A DNA stretch of 64,000 nt from a virus (Duplodnaviria > Caudoviricetes): the IMG/VR virus record IMGVR_UViG_3300033075_000927, positions 14,404-78,403 of that record. One strand, given 5' to 3'. The notes beneath the pieces are model-generated. The model made no database searches, was not told the origin of the DNA, and saw nothing but the letters and a program-made list of their open reading frames with translations. Shown here one piece after another: positions 55,278 to 63,950 of this stretch. The position numbers and the translations under genes are program-made. Positions within the stretch are counted from its first letter, which is position 1; each line of letters begins with the position of its first letter.

Positions 55278-55484
55278 ATGAAACAGAAACTGACCAAGGT
55301 TGAGCGCAGGGCTCTGACCCTGCCCATCAACGACGAAATTGCAGCTTGCCTGACCTGCTTGCGAGAGGATTTGGAAGCGCTGAAGGTGGGCACTTGGGTG
55401 CCCGACGAGGCCTCTTGTGAGGCCAGCCTCCAGATGCTGGCTAAGCTCGAACACCTGATCGAGAAGTTGCCATGCGATTCCTGA
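55278..55484 (+). CDS. hypothetical protein
   Basis: ATG 55278 after GGAGAG. Confidence 0.65.
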   Translation: MKQKLTKVERRALTLPINDEIAACLTCLREDLEALKVGTWVPDEASCEASLQMLAKLEHLIEKLPCDS

Positions 55485-55675
55485 TCAGCGGTTACATCCA
55501 GGCTCAAGGTTTTGGCCTTGAACCGGAACCTTTGAAACTGGCTGTTGAGGCGGCCAGTATGGAAAGGGCATGCGCAATCGCAAGGGCGATTTACCCGAAT
55601 CTTCAACTGGAGCAAGCGCGTCTTGCTACTGTTTCTGAAGGCAGCGCACTGCTCTTTGAAGTGGCCAATGCCTGA
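55472..55675 (+). CDS. hypothetical protein
   Basis: Overlapping ORF, 67 aa. Confidence 0.55.
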   Translation: MRFLISGYIQAQGFGLEPEPLKLAVEAASMERACAIARAIYPNLQLEQARLATVSEGSALLFEVANA

Positions 55676-55689
55676 ATTGCATTTGCGCA

Positions 55690-56400
55690 CATGTAACTCA
55701 AGTTACCAAGTGCGCAAACGCCGGATTCTCCAAACCCCGCAAGCTCCGCAAGCCCCCTTTTCGATAGCAAAAGTTGCAGAAAACCTGTAATTTTTGTACC
55801 GACGGGTCGAAATGCGCGTAACTTTGTTACCAAATCGGTAACTTTCGCGCTTCAAGCCCCGTTTTGCGGGTTTTGCGGGGTTTCAAGAGTTATTTGCAGA
55901 CTTGAGTCGGGCTCAAGCGGGTTGCAAGCCTTTAGCAGCTCTTTGCAAGCCCTACACAGCCTTGCAAGCCTTTCTTACCTAATTCGCAGGCACCTCAAGC
56001 TTTGCTAGGCGCTTAAAAAATTTTTTACCGCCTAGTAGCAAAAATTATCCAAATTTAGCTAAAAATTTTGGAAATTTTTAGAGAAAAATACTAATTTACG
56101 ACTACTAAAACATGTATTTATATTTATATTTATATTATATATTTATATTTTTTTATTGTATTTTATTGTATTGCTTGTATTTTTACCCAGTTAATTCCTA
56201 TAACTGAAGTAGTCCGACTTTATGGGGAAAAAACGTTTTTTAAAAAATAAAAAAACGAAAAACATTTTTTCTGGCAAACGTGCCCCCCTTTTTGCTCCTG
56301 AACGAACAGGGTAAAAATACATGCAATACAACAAAATACTGTATTTTTTTGTGCAAAAGTACCAAAATACAAAATACACAAAATACTTTTTCAAGCTTTA
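55690..56400. other. putative replication origin (iteron-like repeats plus AT-rich tract with inverted arms)
   Basis: TTGCAAGCC x3 (55922, 55943, 55962); CCGCAA/TTGCGG pairs; very AT-rich 56020-56400; 23-bp IR 56166-56188/56309-56331. Confidence 0.55.
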
Positions 56401-56738
56401 GCAGCCGATACCGGCCAGCGCGGATCTACCGCTTGCTAGGCTCGCCTTGTTAGACTCTTGGACAGAATCTCTAGCCGCATCCAAACACGGCTAAACCAGA
56501 ACCCAGGCCGACCACCTAGCTTCAAATTAGTAGTCGCTACAGTTCTGATAGCGTATCCATTGACTTCCTTGCTGCGAAACCGATAGCACCCACCATAAAA
56601 ATAAAGCTTGACACCGAGTCCAAGACTTGATCTAGCGAAAATCCGCCGAAAATCCGCCGAAAACCCGCCGTCCATCCCAAGCAAAACACGAAGTATTTCG
56701 AGATTAAAATACACCACCACCCCAACCCACCCGCCACC

Positions 56739-57770
56739 ATGACCTCCCCAAACTTCACCTTGATCAGAGACCTCTCCCGCCAAGAGGCCAAAGACCTTGG
56801 GCAGCAGCAGCTCTCCGGTACAGGCCGGGTCGTAGAGTTACGCTGCGACCTGACCGGCACGGTACTCTACCGCCCAGCCGTAGCCTGGCGGGCCGGGCAA
56901 GTAGGGCACCGGGCTTGCTGCGGCATCGTCGAACGCAAACCCGAACCCACCCCCAGGCCCCAGAAAACCTTGGAGGCTGCCCTCTACGGCATAAAAAACG
57001 GCTTCACAACCCGCCTCAGAGCCCAGCCGGACACCTTGGCAGGCCTCTGGAGACGGGCAGCCCCCGCCTCAGACTTGGATGGTGTGAGGCTTGACATCCT
57101 CCTGCCCGACTCAAGCCAGCTGGAGACCTTCAACCTTGACAAAGAGCAGGTCGCCCTGCTCAACTGGTGGTTCGCCCTTGAGGCCAACCCAACTATCTGG
57201 GTGCAACCCCCGAAGCTGACCCAGACCTACCATCAGGCCCCCCCCCCGGAGACCTCAACCCACCCCCGACTCCCGGTTCAGTACATGACCGGAGGCTTTG
57301 GGTACAGAAAAACGCATGTGGACATCGCCACCGACCCACCAACCCACCTCAGCCAGGACCTGGTGGCCTGGCTGCTCCTGCGGCTGCATGAGCACTCCTA
57401 CGCCATGCAGGAGGCCGTACCAGCTCCGGCAGACTTGATGGACGACGACCTTACCCCAGAGCAGCTGGCCACTCACGCCATCCGCTTCCTGGACTGGCCC
57501 GCCCCTGTCAACCCGAACCCATCCAGATTCAAGTACCGCAGACCTGACAGGCAGGACGCTGAGATCCACACGACAGCAACAACCGGCGAGCCGTCGATCA
57601 TCAGCACAGACCTGGACGGCACCATGCTGTGCTTGCGCCGCCCTCGCCCCGTAGAGCCCCTCCCGAAGGGCCGCTACGGCCCACCCAAGACTTGGGACCT
57701 CAACGACCTTGAAGATGTCGAGGTAGCCATACCCGAGCACTGGCAAGCCCTGCCACTTTGGAGGACATAA
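56739..57770 (+). CDS. hypothetical protein (343 aa, Pro-rich)
   Basis: Long ORF directly downstream of the putative origin. Confidence 0.75.
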   Translation: MTSPNFTLIRDLSRQEAKDLGQQQLSGTGRVVELRCDLTGTVLYRPAVAWRAGQVGHRACCGIVERKPEPTPRPQKTLEAALYGIKNGFTTRLRAQPDTLAGLWRRAAPASDLDGVRLDILLPDSSQLETFNLDKEQVALLNWWFALEANPTIWVQPPKLTQTYHQAPPPETSTHPRLPVQYMTGGFGYRKTHVDIATDPPTHLSQDLVAWLLLRLHEHSYAMQEAVPAPADLMDDDLTPEQLATHAIRFLDWPAPVNPNPSRFKYRRPDRQDAEIHTTATTGEPSIISTDLDGTMLCLRRPRPVEPLPKGRYGPPKTWDLNDLEDVEVAIPEHWQALPLWRT

Positions 57771-57773
57771 CCT

Positions 57774-58097
57774 ATGTTGCGGATTCAAGTGAGGTTCCCT
57801 GACGAGAACCCTGACACCCCACCCACCTTCCCCCAAACCCCGAAAGGGCTGATCGAGCTTGCGAAGGCCTTGCCAGCAGTCCGGGCCCAGGCCAAGGCAA
57901 AGAGCATAGAATCAGAGGTGTGGGTGGAGACATCTACGGGCAGACGAATCCCGCAGGAAGACCTTGACTACGTGTTGCACGTAGAACATCAAGAACGCTC
58001 CACCCAGCGCCTACGACGACCAGATCAGCGAAGGGTGCAGCGAGGCCAAGGCCCCCTGAAACGGGCTGCTGAAGTTCTGAAGGGGCTTGAGGTATGA
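57774..58097 (+). CDS. hypothetical protein
   Basis: RBS ggagga. Confidence 0.7.
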   Translation: MLRIQVRFPDENPDTPPTFPQTPKGLIELAKALPAVRAQAKAKSIESEVWVETSTGRRIPQEDLDYVLHVEHQERSTQRLRRPDQRRVQRGQGPLKRAAEVLKGLEV

Positions 58098-58237
58098 CTC
58101 CAGTGTCTATCCTCAGCCGTGGGCCTGAGCTGTTCGTGTATACGTCCAAGAGCTCAGAGGCCTTGCTCGTGTCATACACGATACTCTGGCCAGTTACTTT
58201 CGTCGTAGATCGGATGCAGTATGACGGAAACGCCTGA
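58094..58237 (+). CDS. micro-ORF B1 (47 aa, MTPVSILSRGPELFV...YTILWPVT)
   Basis: ATGA overlap; translated by hand. Confidence 0.65.
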   Translation: MTPVSILSRGPELFVYTSKSSEALLVSYTILWPVTFVVDRMQYDGNA

Positions 58238-58355
58238 GTTCTCAGAATGTCCTGAGCTGTTCATCAGGGAAGATTGCAACAGCCTAACCGCATCGGAAGT
58301 AGCCAACGAACTGATGTGGCCGCTGTCGTGGCTTGTGGATCAGATGCGACCATGA
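58221..58355 (+). CDS. micro-ORF B2 (44 aa, MTETPEFSECPELFI...ANELMWPLS)
   Basis: Shares CCTGAGCTGTTC with B1; ends in an ATGA overlap. Confidence 0.65.
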   Translation: MTETPEFSECPELFIREDCNSLTASEVANELMWPLSWLVDQMRP

Positions 58356-58516
58356 CCCACTTCTACCTACCTTCGCCGGACTACCTGTTCCGTGGCCGTT
58401 ATAGGTATAGGTATAGCTCTGCCTACACTGACGTGGACTGGAACGTCAAGTGGCCGATAACAAAGCTAGTCATCAACATGGAGCACCCAGCATGGTGGAA
58501 CCGCCCCTCAACTTGA
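58352..58516 (+). CDS. micro-ORF B3 (54 aa, MTHFYLPSPDYLFRG...NVKWPIT)
   Basis: ATGA overlap; C-terminal part of track ORF 58274..58516. Confidence 0.65.
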   Translation: MTHFYLPSPDYLFRGRYRYRYSSAYTDVDWNVKWPITKLVINMEHPAWWNRPST

Positions 58517-58622
58517 GTGCCCTGAATACTTCATTCGCGGTCAGGTTGGCTACGTGTATTCGGTGGTCGCAAATGCGATCCTGTGGCCGCTGTCCGAGCT
58601 TACAGCAAAGGTAAAGGAATGA
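58492..58622 (+). pseudogene. micro-ORF B4, apparently frameshifted (…LECPEYFIRG...ANAILWPLS)
   Basis: The homologous frame has no ATG; ATG 58492 (RBS ggag) is one frame off across a GCCCC run. Confidence 0.5.
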
Positions 58623-58744
58623 CCGAGGTAAAGTTGCTATTCGATGCTGACAGCCTCGTGAGGCCTTGGGTTCGACGCGTAGTAGATGTAGCCATCAGCT
58701 TAATGTGGCAGATACCCTACGCAGAAGGCGACCACCTGATATGA
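58619..58744 (+). CDS. micro-ORF B5 (41 aa, MTEVKLL...DVAISLMWQIP)
   Basis: RBS aagga; ATGA overlaps. Confidence 0.65.
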   Translation: MTEVKLLFDADSLVRPWVRRVVDVAISLMWQIPYAEGDHLI

Positions 58745-58899
58745 CACCTTGCAGAATACCCACCTTCTACTGCCCAGACGGCAGTAGAGACTTAGTAAAT
58801 TGGGTCAGGTTGGCACTACCAGAGAACGGCGTGCCGTCCTTGGTAGCTATTAACGTCGTGTGGGGCATCCCAAGGCCCACAGTGGAGTGTGAAATATGA
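58741..58899 (+). CDS. micro-ORF B6 (52 aa, MTPCRIP...LVAINVVWGIP)
   Basis: ATGACACC start; ATGA overlaps. Confidence 0.65.
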   Translation: MTPCRIPTFYCPDGSRDLVNWVRLALPENGVPSLVAINVVWGIPRPTVECEI

Positions 58900-59219
58900 A
58901 CCAAACACCAGAAGAACTTTATCGCAACCTGAGATCACTACCCACACAGCACCCCAACGAGCACCTTGTAGCAGCGCTATCTGATGCGCTTGCAATGGTC
59001 GATGCTCAGGAACAGGAAATCGAAGACCTTGAAAAGAAGGTTTTAGAACTTGAAAACGCAGACCTAGACGAGCTGAAAGCGGAGGTAGCTGAACTTACTC
59101 AGCGCCTAAACGCACAAAACAGGGCTTTCAGGGAGCTTTACAATGCCGTACCAGAGGCCAAAACGGTTGCAGCACGTAAGGCGCTGCAAGCGAAACATAT
59201 GAAAGATCTAAGCATATGA
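58896..59219 (+). CDS. coiled-coil hypothetical protein
   Basis: RBS ggag; heptad-rich. Confidence 0.7.
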   Translation: MNQTPEELYRNLRSLPTQHPNEHLVAALSDALAMVDAQEQEIEDLEKKVLELENADLDELKAEVAELTQRLNAQNRAFRELYNAVPEAKTVAARKALQAKHMKDLSI

Positions 59220-59419
59220 TCTACATCCAAAGAAAGTCGTCCACCCTTGAGACGGTGGACGAATTCGAGACACGCAAGGAAGCCCTTGCAGGGCCTGGAG
59301 CATCAAATGAACTGCACGATCTGCGGCAAATCAATCAAACTTGTACCATCGGCGGAAGAGCGGGCCAAGAAAGACCTTACAGGAAAGACAGCTGCGGATT
59401 ACCGCTCGTTGTTTACTGA
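59216..59419 (+). pseudogene. probable truncated small phage protein (MIYIQRK...ETVDEFETRKEA)
   Basis: Plausible N-terminus, then runs out of frame over the next gene. Confidence 0.35.
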
Positions 59420-59546
59420 GCACAGCGACTGCACTCTGCGCAAAAGGGCGGAAGACACGAGCAAACTCGTGTCAGAGCGTAAGGCAGCAACAAAGTATAT
59501 CAACCCACATAATGTGTGGGCCTTAAACAACTTCATAGGAGCCTAA
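59307..59546 (+). CDS. small Zn-finger-like protein
   Basis: MNCTICGK...HSDC; RBS ggag. Confidence 0.65.
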   Translation: MNCTICGKSIKLVPSAEERAKKDLTGKTAADYRSLFTEHSDCTLRKRAEDTSKLVSERKAATKYINPHNVWALNNFIGA

Positions 59547-59548
59547 TC

Positions 59549-60082
59549 ATGGGACGCAGCGTATCCACCCCACCAAACACTACTCTCGTCGAGTACCTAC
59601 ACCTGACCCAGGAACGCTACTGGTGCCCTGAGTGCGGCGAGACATTCGATGACCCGGCCAGAGTCGAGCAGGCCTGTGGCCACATTCATTCAGTCTGCCC
59701 TCACTGCGGCAGCATGGACTTCATCGAACAGGATTCCCAACTCCTGTACGATGACTTCAACGAAGACCTGAAGACCTTGCTGGTAGAGGCCTTCCCTAGT
59801 CTCACTTCTGATGAGAAGTGGCTCGGCAGAGAAGACAAGGCCCTGCTTTCCAACAGCTACGCCTACTTTGGCTGGTCGGAATATTGCGGCTTGGTCGCCG
59901 TCTGGGTGGCGGAGAAGGAGAAGGACTACAGAGCATCATCCGCCTGGGAAGCGATGCGAGACCGCTGGATCGCCTCCATCGAGAAGAGGTTCGCCAAGAC
60001 GGTTGCCAAGGCCTGGGGCACGCCCTTGACCAAAGTGGGCCAATTCAGCAACGGAGAAGTCGTGTTTCAGAAGAAATCTTAG
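59549..60082 (+). CDS. hypothetical protein with zinc ribbon
   Basis: MGRSVS...CPECG...CPHCG...WLGRED...SEYCGL; RBS aggag. Confidence 0.75.
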   Translation: MGRSVSTPPNTTLVEYLHLTQERYWCPECGETFDDPARVEQACGHIHSVCPHCGSMDFIEQDSQLLYDDFNEDLKTLLVEAFPSLTSDEKWLGREDKALLSNSYAYFGWSEYCGLVAVWVAEKEKDYRASSAWEAMRDRWIASIEKRFAKTVAKAWGTPLTKVGQFSNGEVVFQKKS

Positions 60083-60090
60083 GTCGTTTT

Positions 60091-60139
60091 CGGTGGTACA
60101 ATGCAAAAACCTCGACAGGTTCCAGCCTGTCGAGGTTTT
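60091..60139 (+). promoter_or_regulatory. HNH promoter TGGTACAAT plus 14-bp inverted repeat
   Basis: AAAACCTCGACAGG-ttccag-CCTGTCGAGGTTTT; the RBS is further enclosed in a CTGAAA/TTTCAG hairpin. Confidence 0.6.
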
Positions 60140-60169
60140 CTAAACCCACTGAAAATAGGAGTTTCAGAG

Positions 60170-60685
60170 ATGTCTGAACATAGTATAGCACACCCAGAAC
60201 TCACTGCAGAGAAGTTGAGAGAGCTTCTTCATTACGACCAAGTTTCTGGGATTTTCACATGGAAAGTGCGCACGTCTAGGAGTGTCAAAGTCGGCAACCT
60301 AGCCGGTAGCGTGGATGGAGACGGCTACCTGCGAGTCATGGCACTTAGCCGAAGATACCAAGCCCACCGCCTCGCATGGCTCTATATGTACGGAGTTTGG
60401 CCTGAAGGCCAAATAGATCACATTAACAGAATAAGAACTGATAACCGAATCGCTAATTTGAGAGAAGTAACTAACAAGCAGAACCACCAAAACAGGAGTA
60501 AGCCGAGCAACAACACATCAGGACACTCAGGCGAGAGCTGGTACAAGCGTGACTCCAAGTGGGTAGCCAAGATTACGCATAACTACAAACACACCCACCT
60601 CGGCTACTTCGAGAACCTAGAAGAAGCAATCGCAGCCCGCAAAGCCGCCGAGAAACTTTACTGGGCAGACACCTACACCACCTAA
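60170..60685 (+). CDS. free-standing HNH-AP2 endonuclease
   Basis: LTAEKLRELLHYD..SGIFTW; AHRLAWLYMYG.WP...IDHINRIRTDNRIANLR; HLGYF..LEEAIAARK. Confidence 0.92.
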   Translation: MSEHSIAHPELTAEKLRELLHYDQVSGIFTWKVRTSRSVKVGNLAGSVDGDGYLRVMALSRRYQAHRLAWLYMYGVWPEGQIDHINRIRTDNRIANLREVTNKQNHQNRSKPSNNTSGHSGESWYKRDSKWVAKITHNYKHTHLGYFENLEEAIAARKAAEKLYWADTYTT

Positions 60686-60696
60686 CCCCACACCAC

Positions 60697-60718
60697 AGCC
60701 TGCATTAGCGGGCTTTTT
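60697..60718 (+). terminator. intrinsic terminator
   Basis: AGCCTGC-atta-GCGGGCT-TTTT. Confidence 0.7.
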
Positions 60719-60769
60719 ACTGGCCGAGCCAGCAATGGCGAGGCCGTTTTCCAAAAGAAGGAGGCCTAA
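60719..60769 (+). pseudogene. orphaned duplicate of the 3' end of gene 59549-60082
   Basis: Encodes TGRASNGEAVFQKKEA* versus VGQFSNGEVVFQKKS*. Confidence 0.8.
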
Positions 60770-60771
60770 TC

Positions 60772-61284
60772 ATGGGCTGGTCATTCGCAATGCAAGACAT
60801 CGGGCGCAAAGCCCACATAGAGTCCCTCACCAGTCACCGACGCTTCCACAACGGCTACGTCCCAATTACCTACCGGGTCGTCGGCAACCACATCTGGCAG
60901 TTGGTGCAGAAGCCAGACGGCACCAAGTACATCACCTTGGACTTGATCGCCAAGGAGCGCGGAGGCGCGTGGGGCTACAAAGGACTTGACGAAGATTGGG
61001 GGCCGTACCACTACGACTGCCCGCTGACCCTTCTTGACAGGGCCGACCCACCAGCCACGCCTAACGCGACGGCTTGGCGGGCCAAGGTGTACGAGTACGC
61101 TGATCGGCAGAAGCGGCTCAAGCGGGAGATGCAGACCCTTAAACCTGGCACCGTGATCGTCGTCGGCCCGTGCCAGTACACGCTGCTGGAAGACCTCGGC
61201 AGGTCAGGTTGGAGGGTTAAGGATCTTGGCGGGGCTTACTGGAGGCTCACGCGCAGGTTCATCAAATCGCAGCTGAAGGTATGA
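60772..61284 (+). CDS. DUF6927-like protein
   Basis: WGYKGLDEDWGPYHYDCPLTLLD...A.AWRAKV. Confidence 0.75.
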   Translation: MGWSFAMQDIGRKAHIESLTSHRRFHNGYVPITYRVVGNHIWQLVQKPDGTKYITLDLIAKERGGAWGYKGLDEDWGPYHYDCPLTLLDRADPPATPNATAWRAKVYEYADRQKRLKREMQTLKPGTVIVVGPCQYTLLEDLGRSGWRVKDLGGAYWRLTRRFIKSQLKV

Positions 61285-61285
61285 C

Positions 61286-61702
61286 ATGACCACCCTAACC
61301 GACACCCAATCCAGAGCACTACTTGATTTCGCCCTCTCCCAGGTGCAGCACCTGCTGCCTGACCCGCTGCCACCAAACCTGGAGCTCACCTTGCAAGAAC
61401 TTGCACCCGGCCAGCCGGGCTTTCGGGGTGCCACCTACAATGCCCTGTCCGTGCTCGAAGCTCAGCGAGGCCAAGCCACCAACTTGACGGCTCGTGACGC
61501 TGCCCGCCTGGCCCGACTTGCGCTGGCGCATGAGGCGTGCGACAACTTCCCGCCACCGGAAAACTTGCCAGAAGCTCGCCAGGCGAGGAGCGAGGCAATC
61601 CAGCAGCACGAGACGGAGAGCCTGCGAGCTGGAAACCTTGCCAGGCATCAAGCCATGCTCGTCCAGAAGGATTACATGGCCTCTATTGGAGGTGCCCTGT
61701 GA
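61286..61702 (+). CDS. hypothetical protein
   Basis: 138-aa ORF in the operon chain. Confidence 0.65.
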   Translation: MTTLTDTQSRALLDFALSQVQHLLPDPLPPNLELTLQELAPGQPGFRGATYNALSVLEAQRGQATNLTARDAARLARLALAHEACDNFPPPENLPEARQARSEAIQQHETESLRAGNLARHQAMLVQKDYMASIGGAL

Positions 61703-61836
61703 CCCAGTTTCTTGCTGCCGTCTGCATCTACCTGTCGCCCCTCTACCTGACCAGGGCCCTCACCGTCAGGTGGATGCCTCTCAGCACGGCCATCGGACTG
61801 GCCCTGGGCCATTACATCGGACTGGAGCTGCTATGA
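61699..61836 (+). CDS. small membrane protein
   Basis: RBS ggagg, GTG start, two TM-like segments. Confidence 0.55.
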   Translation: MTQFLAAVCIYLSPLYLTRALTVRWMPLSTAIGLALGHYIGLELL

Positions 61837-62108
61837 GAAAGTCTCGCCTAGCTCGGCACCCACTGCAAGCGTACTGGAACCGCAACTACATTGGTCACCT
61901 GCTCGATGAGCAGTGGTTCGACGTGCAGAATGACGGGAGCATTGAAGGGCCATTCTTTGCCCACGCTATCGGGTGCCTTGACGCACTCGACTACATTCCG
62001 GCAGGCTCAATGAAGCACGTAGGTCACATCTGGTATGACGCTACTGTTTGCGTCCGAGGCATGACCTTGGCCGAGCTTGAAGCATTCGACGCCATATTGG
62101 AGGAGTGA
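61833..62108 (+). CDS. hypothetical protein
   Basis: ATGA overlap; RBS ggag. Confidence 0.65.
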   Translation: MRKSRLARHPLQAYWNRNYIGHLLDEQWFDVQNDGSIEGPFFAHAIGCLDALDYIPAGSMKHVGHIWYDATVCVRGMTLAELEAFDAILEE

Positions 62109-62109
62109 C

Positions 62110-62262
62110 ATGGCTCTTAATCCCGAAAACCTTGCCCTCATCGCCTCTGCCTACGTGGCCGCCATCGGCCTCATCGCCTGGCAGAGTCAGGCCCGCCTAT
62201 TCGACAGCTTGGCGCTGGCTACGCTGGGAGTCTGCCTTGGAAGCTTGGCTCGCTATGTCTGA
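62110..62262 (+). CDS. small membrane protein
   Basis: RBS ggagga; two hydrophobic segments. Confidence 0.6.
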   Translation: MALNPENLALIASAYVAAIGLIAWQSQARLFDSLALATLGVCLGSLARYV

Positions 62263-62416
62263 ACTCGCTGCTCCACCAGAACCCTCCAGGCCTGCCGTTT
62301 GGCCCTTCAAAAATTACCCCCGGCAAGGCAGCCACACCGCTGCCATACAGCGAGCCGCCACTACCGACCTTCCGCCCGTCTGATGAAGATGAGGCGCTAC
62401 TTTAAGGAGAACCACC

Positions 62417-62920
62417 ATGAAAACCCGCTACAAAGACACCCTCACAAGGGCCGACACACCCTCCACAAGGCTTGAGGTCACCTACGGCCTGCAGGCCATA
62501 GGCAAGCAGCCCAAGTATTTCAGCGTGACGGCCACCCGCTACAGCCGGGGCCGATGTGAATCTGGCGGCTGCATGCACGATGAAGTGCTCCAGACCTGGC
62601 CCGACCTTGCTCCGCTGGTCGCCCTGCACTTGAGTACAGCAGATGGTGTGCCCATGCACGCTGAGTCCAATGGGTGGTACTTCTTGGCTGGCGCAGCCGG
62701 TGGGCTGGGCGAAAAGTATCACGGAGGGTCTGACAAGACTCCGGCCCAGTGCCTCGAAATCCTGGCTAACCACTTGCGCGTCAGCCTTGACGAAGCACAT
62801 GGCCTTGTGCAGGCCCAACTTGCTGGGGCTGGAAGGCCAGCGTTTGCGGCCTATGTGGGGGCATGCAAGTCTAGGTGGAAGGTTGAAGCTGAAGCCGCTA
62901 TTAAGGAGTTTGGATTATGA
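62417..62920 (+). CDS. hypothetical protein
   Basis: RBS aaggag; YFSVT...GGCMHDE...HL...G.PMHA. Confidence 0.75.
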   Translation: MKTRYKDTLTRADTPSTRLEVTYGLQAIGKQPKYFSVTATRYSRGRCESGGCMHDEVLQTWPDLAPLVALHLSTADGVPMHAESNGWYFLAGAAGGLGEKYHGGSDKTPAQCLEILANHLRVSLDEAHGLVQAQLAGAGRPAFAAYVGACKSRWKVEAEAAIKEFGL

Positions 62921-63303
62921 AAATCAAAACGTCCGAACTCACCGGCCCTGCCCTTGATTGGGCGGTGGCTAAGTGTGGAGGCCTTGAAGTCTATGTACCA
63001 GCCTTCGCTGAAAAACCTTGGCTGCAATACCGGGACTGCTACGGGCAGCCCCACATGTGCCCCAAGTACAGCACTGATTGGGCCTTCACCGGCCCAATCA
63101 TTGAGCGGGAGTTCATCCAACTGGCTGACCCCTGTACAAACGCGGGCTACGAATGGCGTGCCTGGTGCGGCGGGTGGAATCTCTGTGGGCCGACCGCCTT
63201 GATCGCCATCTGCCGCTGCTATGTGGCCAGCCTGCTGGGCGACGAGGTTGATGTACCAGAGGAGCTGCTATGTCCTTCACCAATTACCAACTCAGCCTCA
63301 TAG
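62917..63303 (+). CDS. DUF2591 / NinX-family protein
   Basis: TSELTGPALDWAVAK...YSTDW...GPIIERE...ALIAICRCYV. Confidence 0.85.
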   Translation: MKIKTSELTGPALDWAVAKCGGLEVYVPAFAEKPWLQYRDCYGQPHMCPKYSTDWAFTGPIIEREFIQLADPCTNAGYEWRAWCGGWNLCGPTALIAICRCYVASLLGDEVDVPEELLCPSPITNSAS

Positions 63304-63533
63304 CCCATGCCGAGGCCCTCGGTTACGGCTACTCCATTTTCGCTGGCAACGTCAAGAAGCAAGGCTTCTGCTCACCCAAGCAAGAAGAGGCACTTGCACG
63401 GATGACGGCTGCTGGCGAGTTTCGCAAGAACAACTGGGGCGGTAAGAAGTACGGCAACTTCAGTCGCCGCCGTCGCAGCCCAGAGCACGACATCTCGGAC
63501 AACGAAGCCGCCCGGTCGGGCGACTATTTTTAG
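63270..63533 (+). CDS. hypothetical protein
   Basis: RBS gaggag. Confidence 0.65.
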   Translation: MSFTNYQLSLIAHAEALGYGYSIFAGNVKKQGFCSPKQEEALARMTAAGEFRKNNWGGKKYGNFSRRRRSPEHDISDNEAARSGDYF

Positions 63534-63543
63534 GAATTGCACC

Positions 63544-63702
63544 ATGAAATACCACATCCGCATATATTACAGGGGCGGCTTCTCTTATCTCTGGCACCAG
63601 GACAAAAATGCCTGGTGCAAGCGTACTGCCACCAAGTATGCCAACGAATGGAATGCCCGCAACCCTGAAAGCCCAGCAGAACTTGAGGAAAGTGCGCAAT
63701 GA
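63544..63702 (+). CDS. hypothetical protein (52 aa)
   Basis: RBS tagga; translated by hand. Confidence 0.55.
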   Translation: MKYHIRIYYRGGFSYLWHQDKNAWCKRTATKYANEWNARNPESPAELEESAQ

Positions 63703-63950
63703 TCACCATCATCAGCTCTGACAACGTCATCACCCGCGCCTCCAAGAGCTTGCGCGGCATCACTGCGCACAGCCACCGCCACGGCAAGCCGGAGGTTACC
63801 ATCACTGACCAAAGAGACGGATCAGCGCAGTGCTACCTGCGCTGGTCGAACGGCGTTACGTCGCATTTCAGCTTCGCCAGTGCTAACCTGGCGGAGAGTT
63901 ACTTCTCAACCCGCTCATCGAAGGTGACTCGCCATGCCTACGCTGTATGA
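63699..63950 (+). CDS. hypothetical protein
   Basis: ATGA overlap; SRNL.G-like start (SKSLRGI). Confidence 0.6.
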   Translation: MITIISSDNVITRASKSLRGITAHSHRHGKPEVTITDQRDGSAQCYLRWSNGVTSHFSFASANLAESYFSTRSSKVTRHAYAV

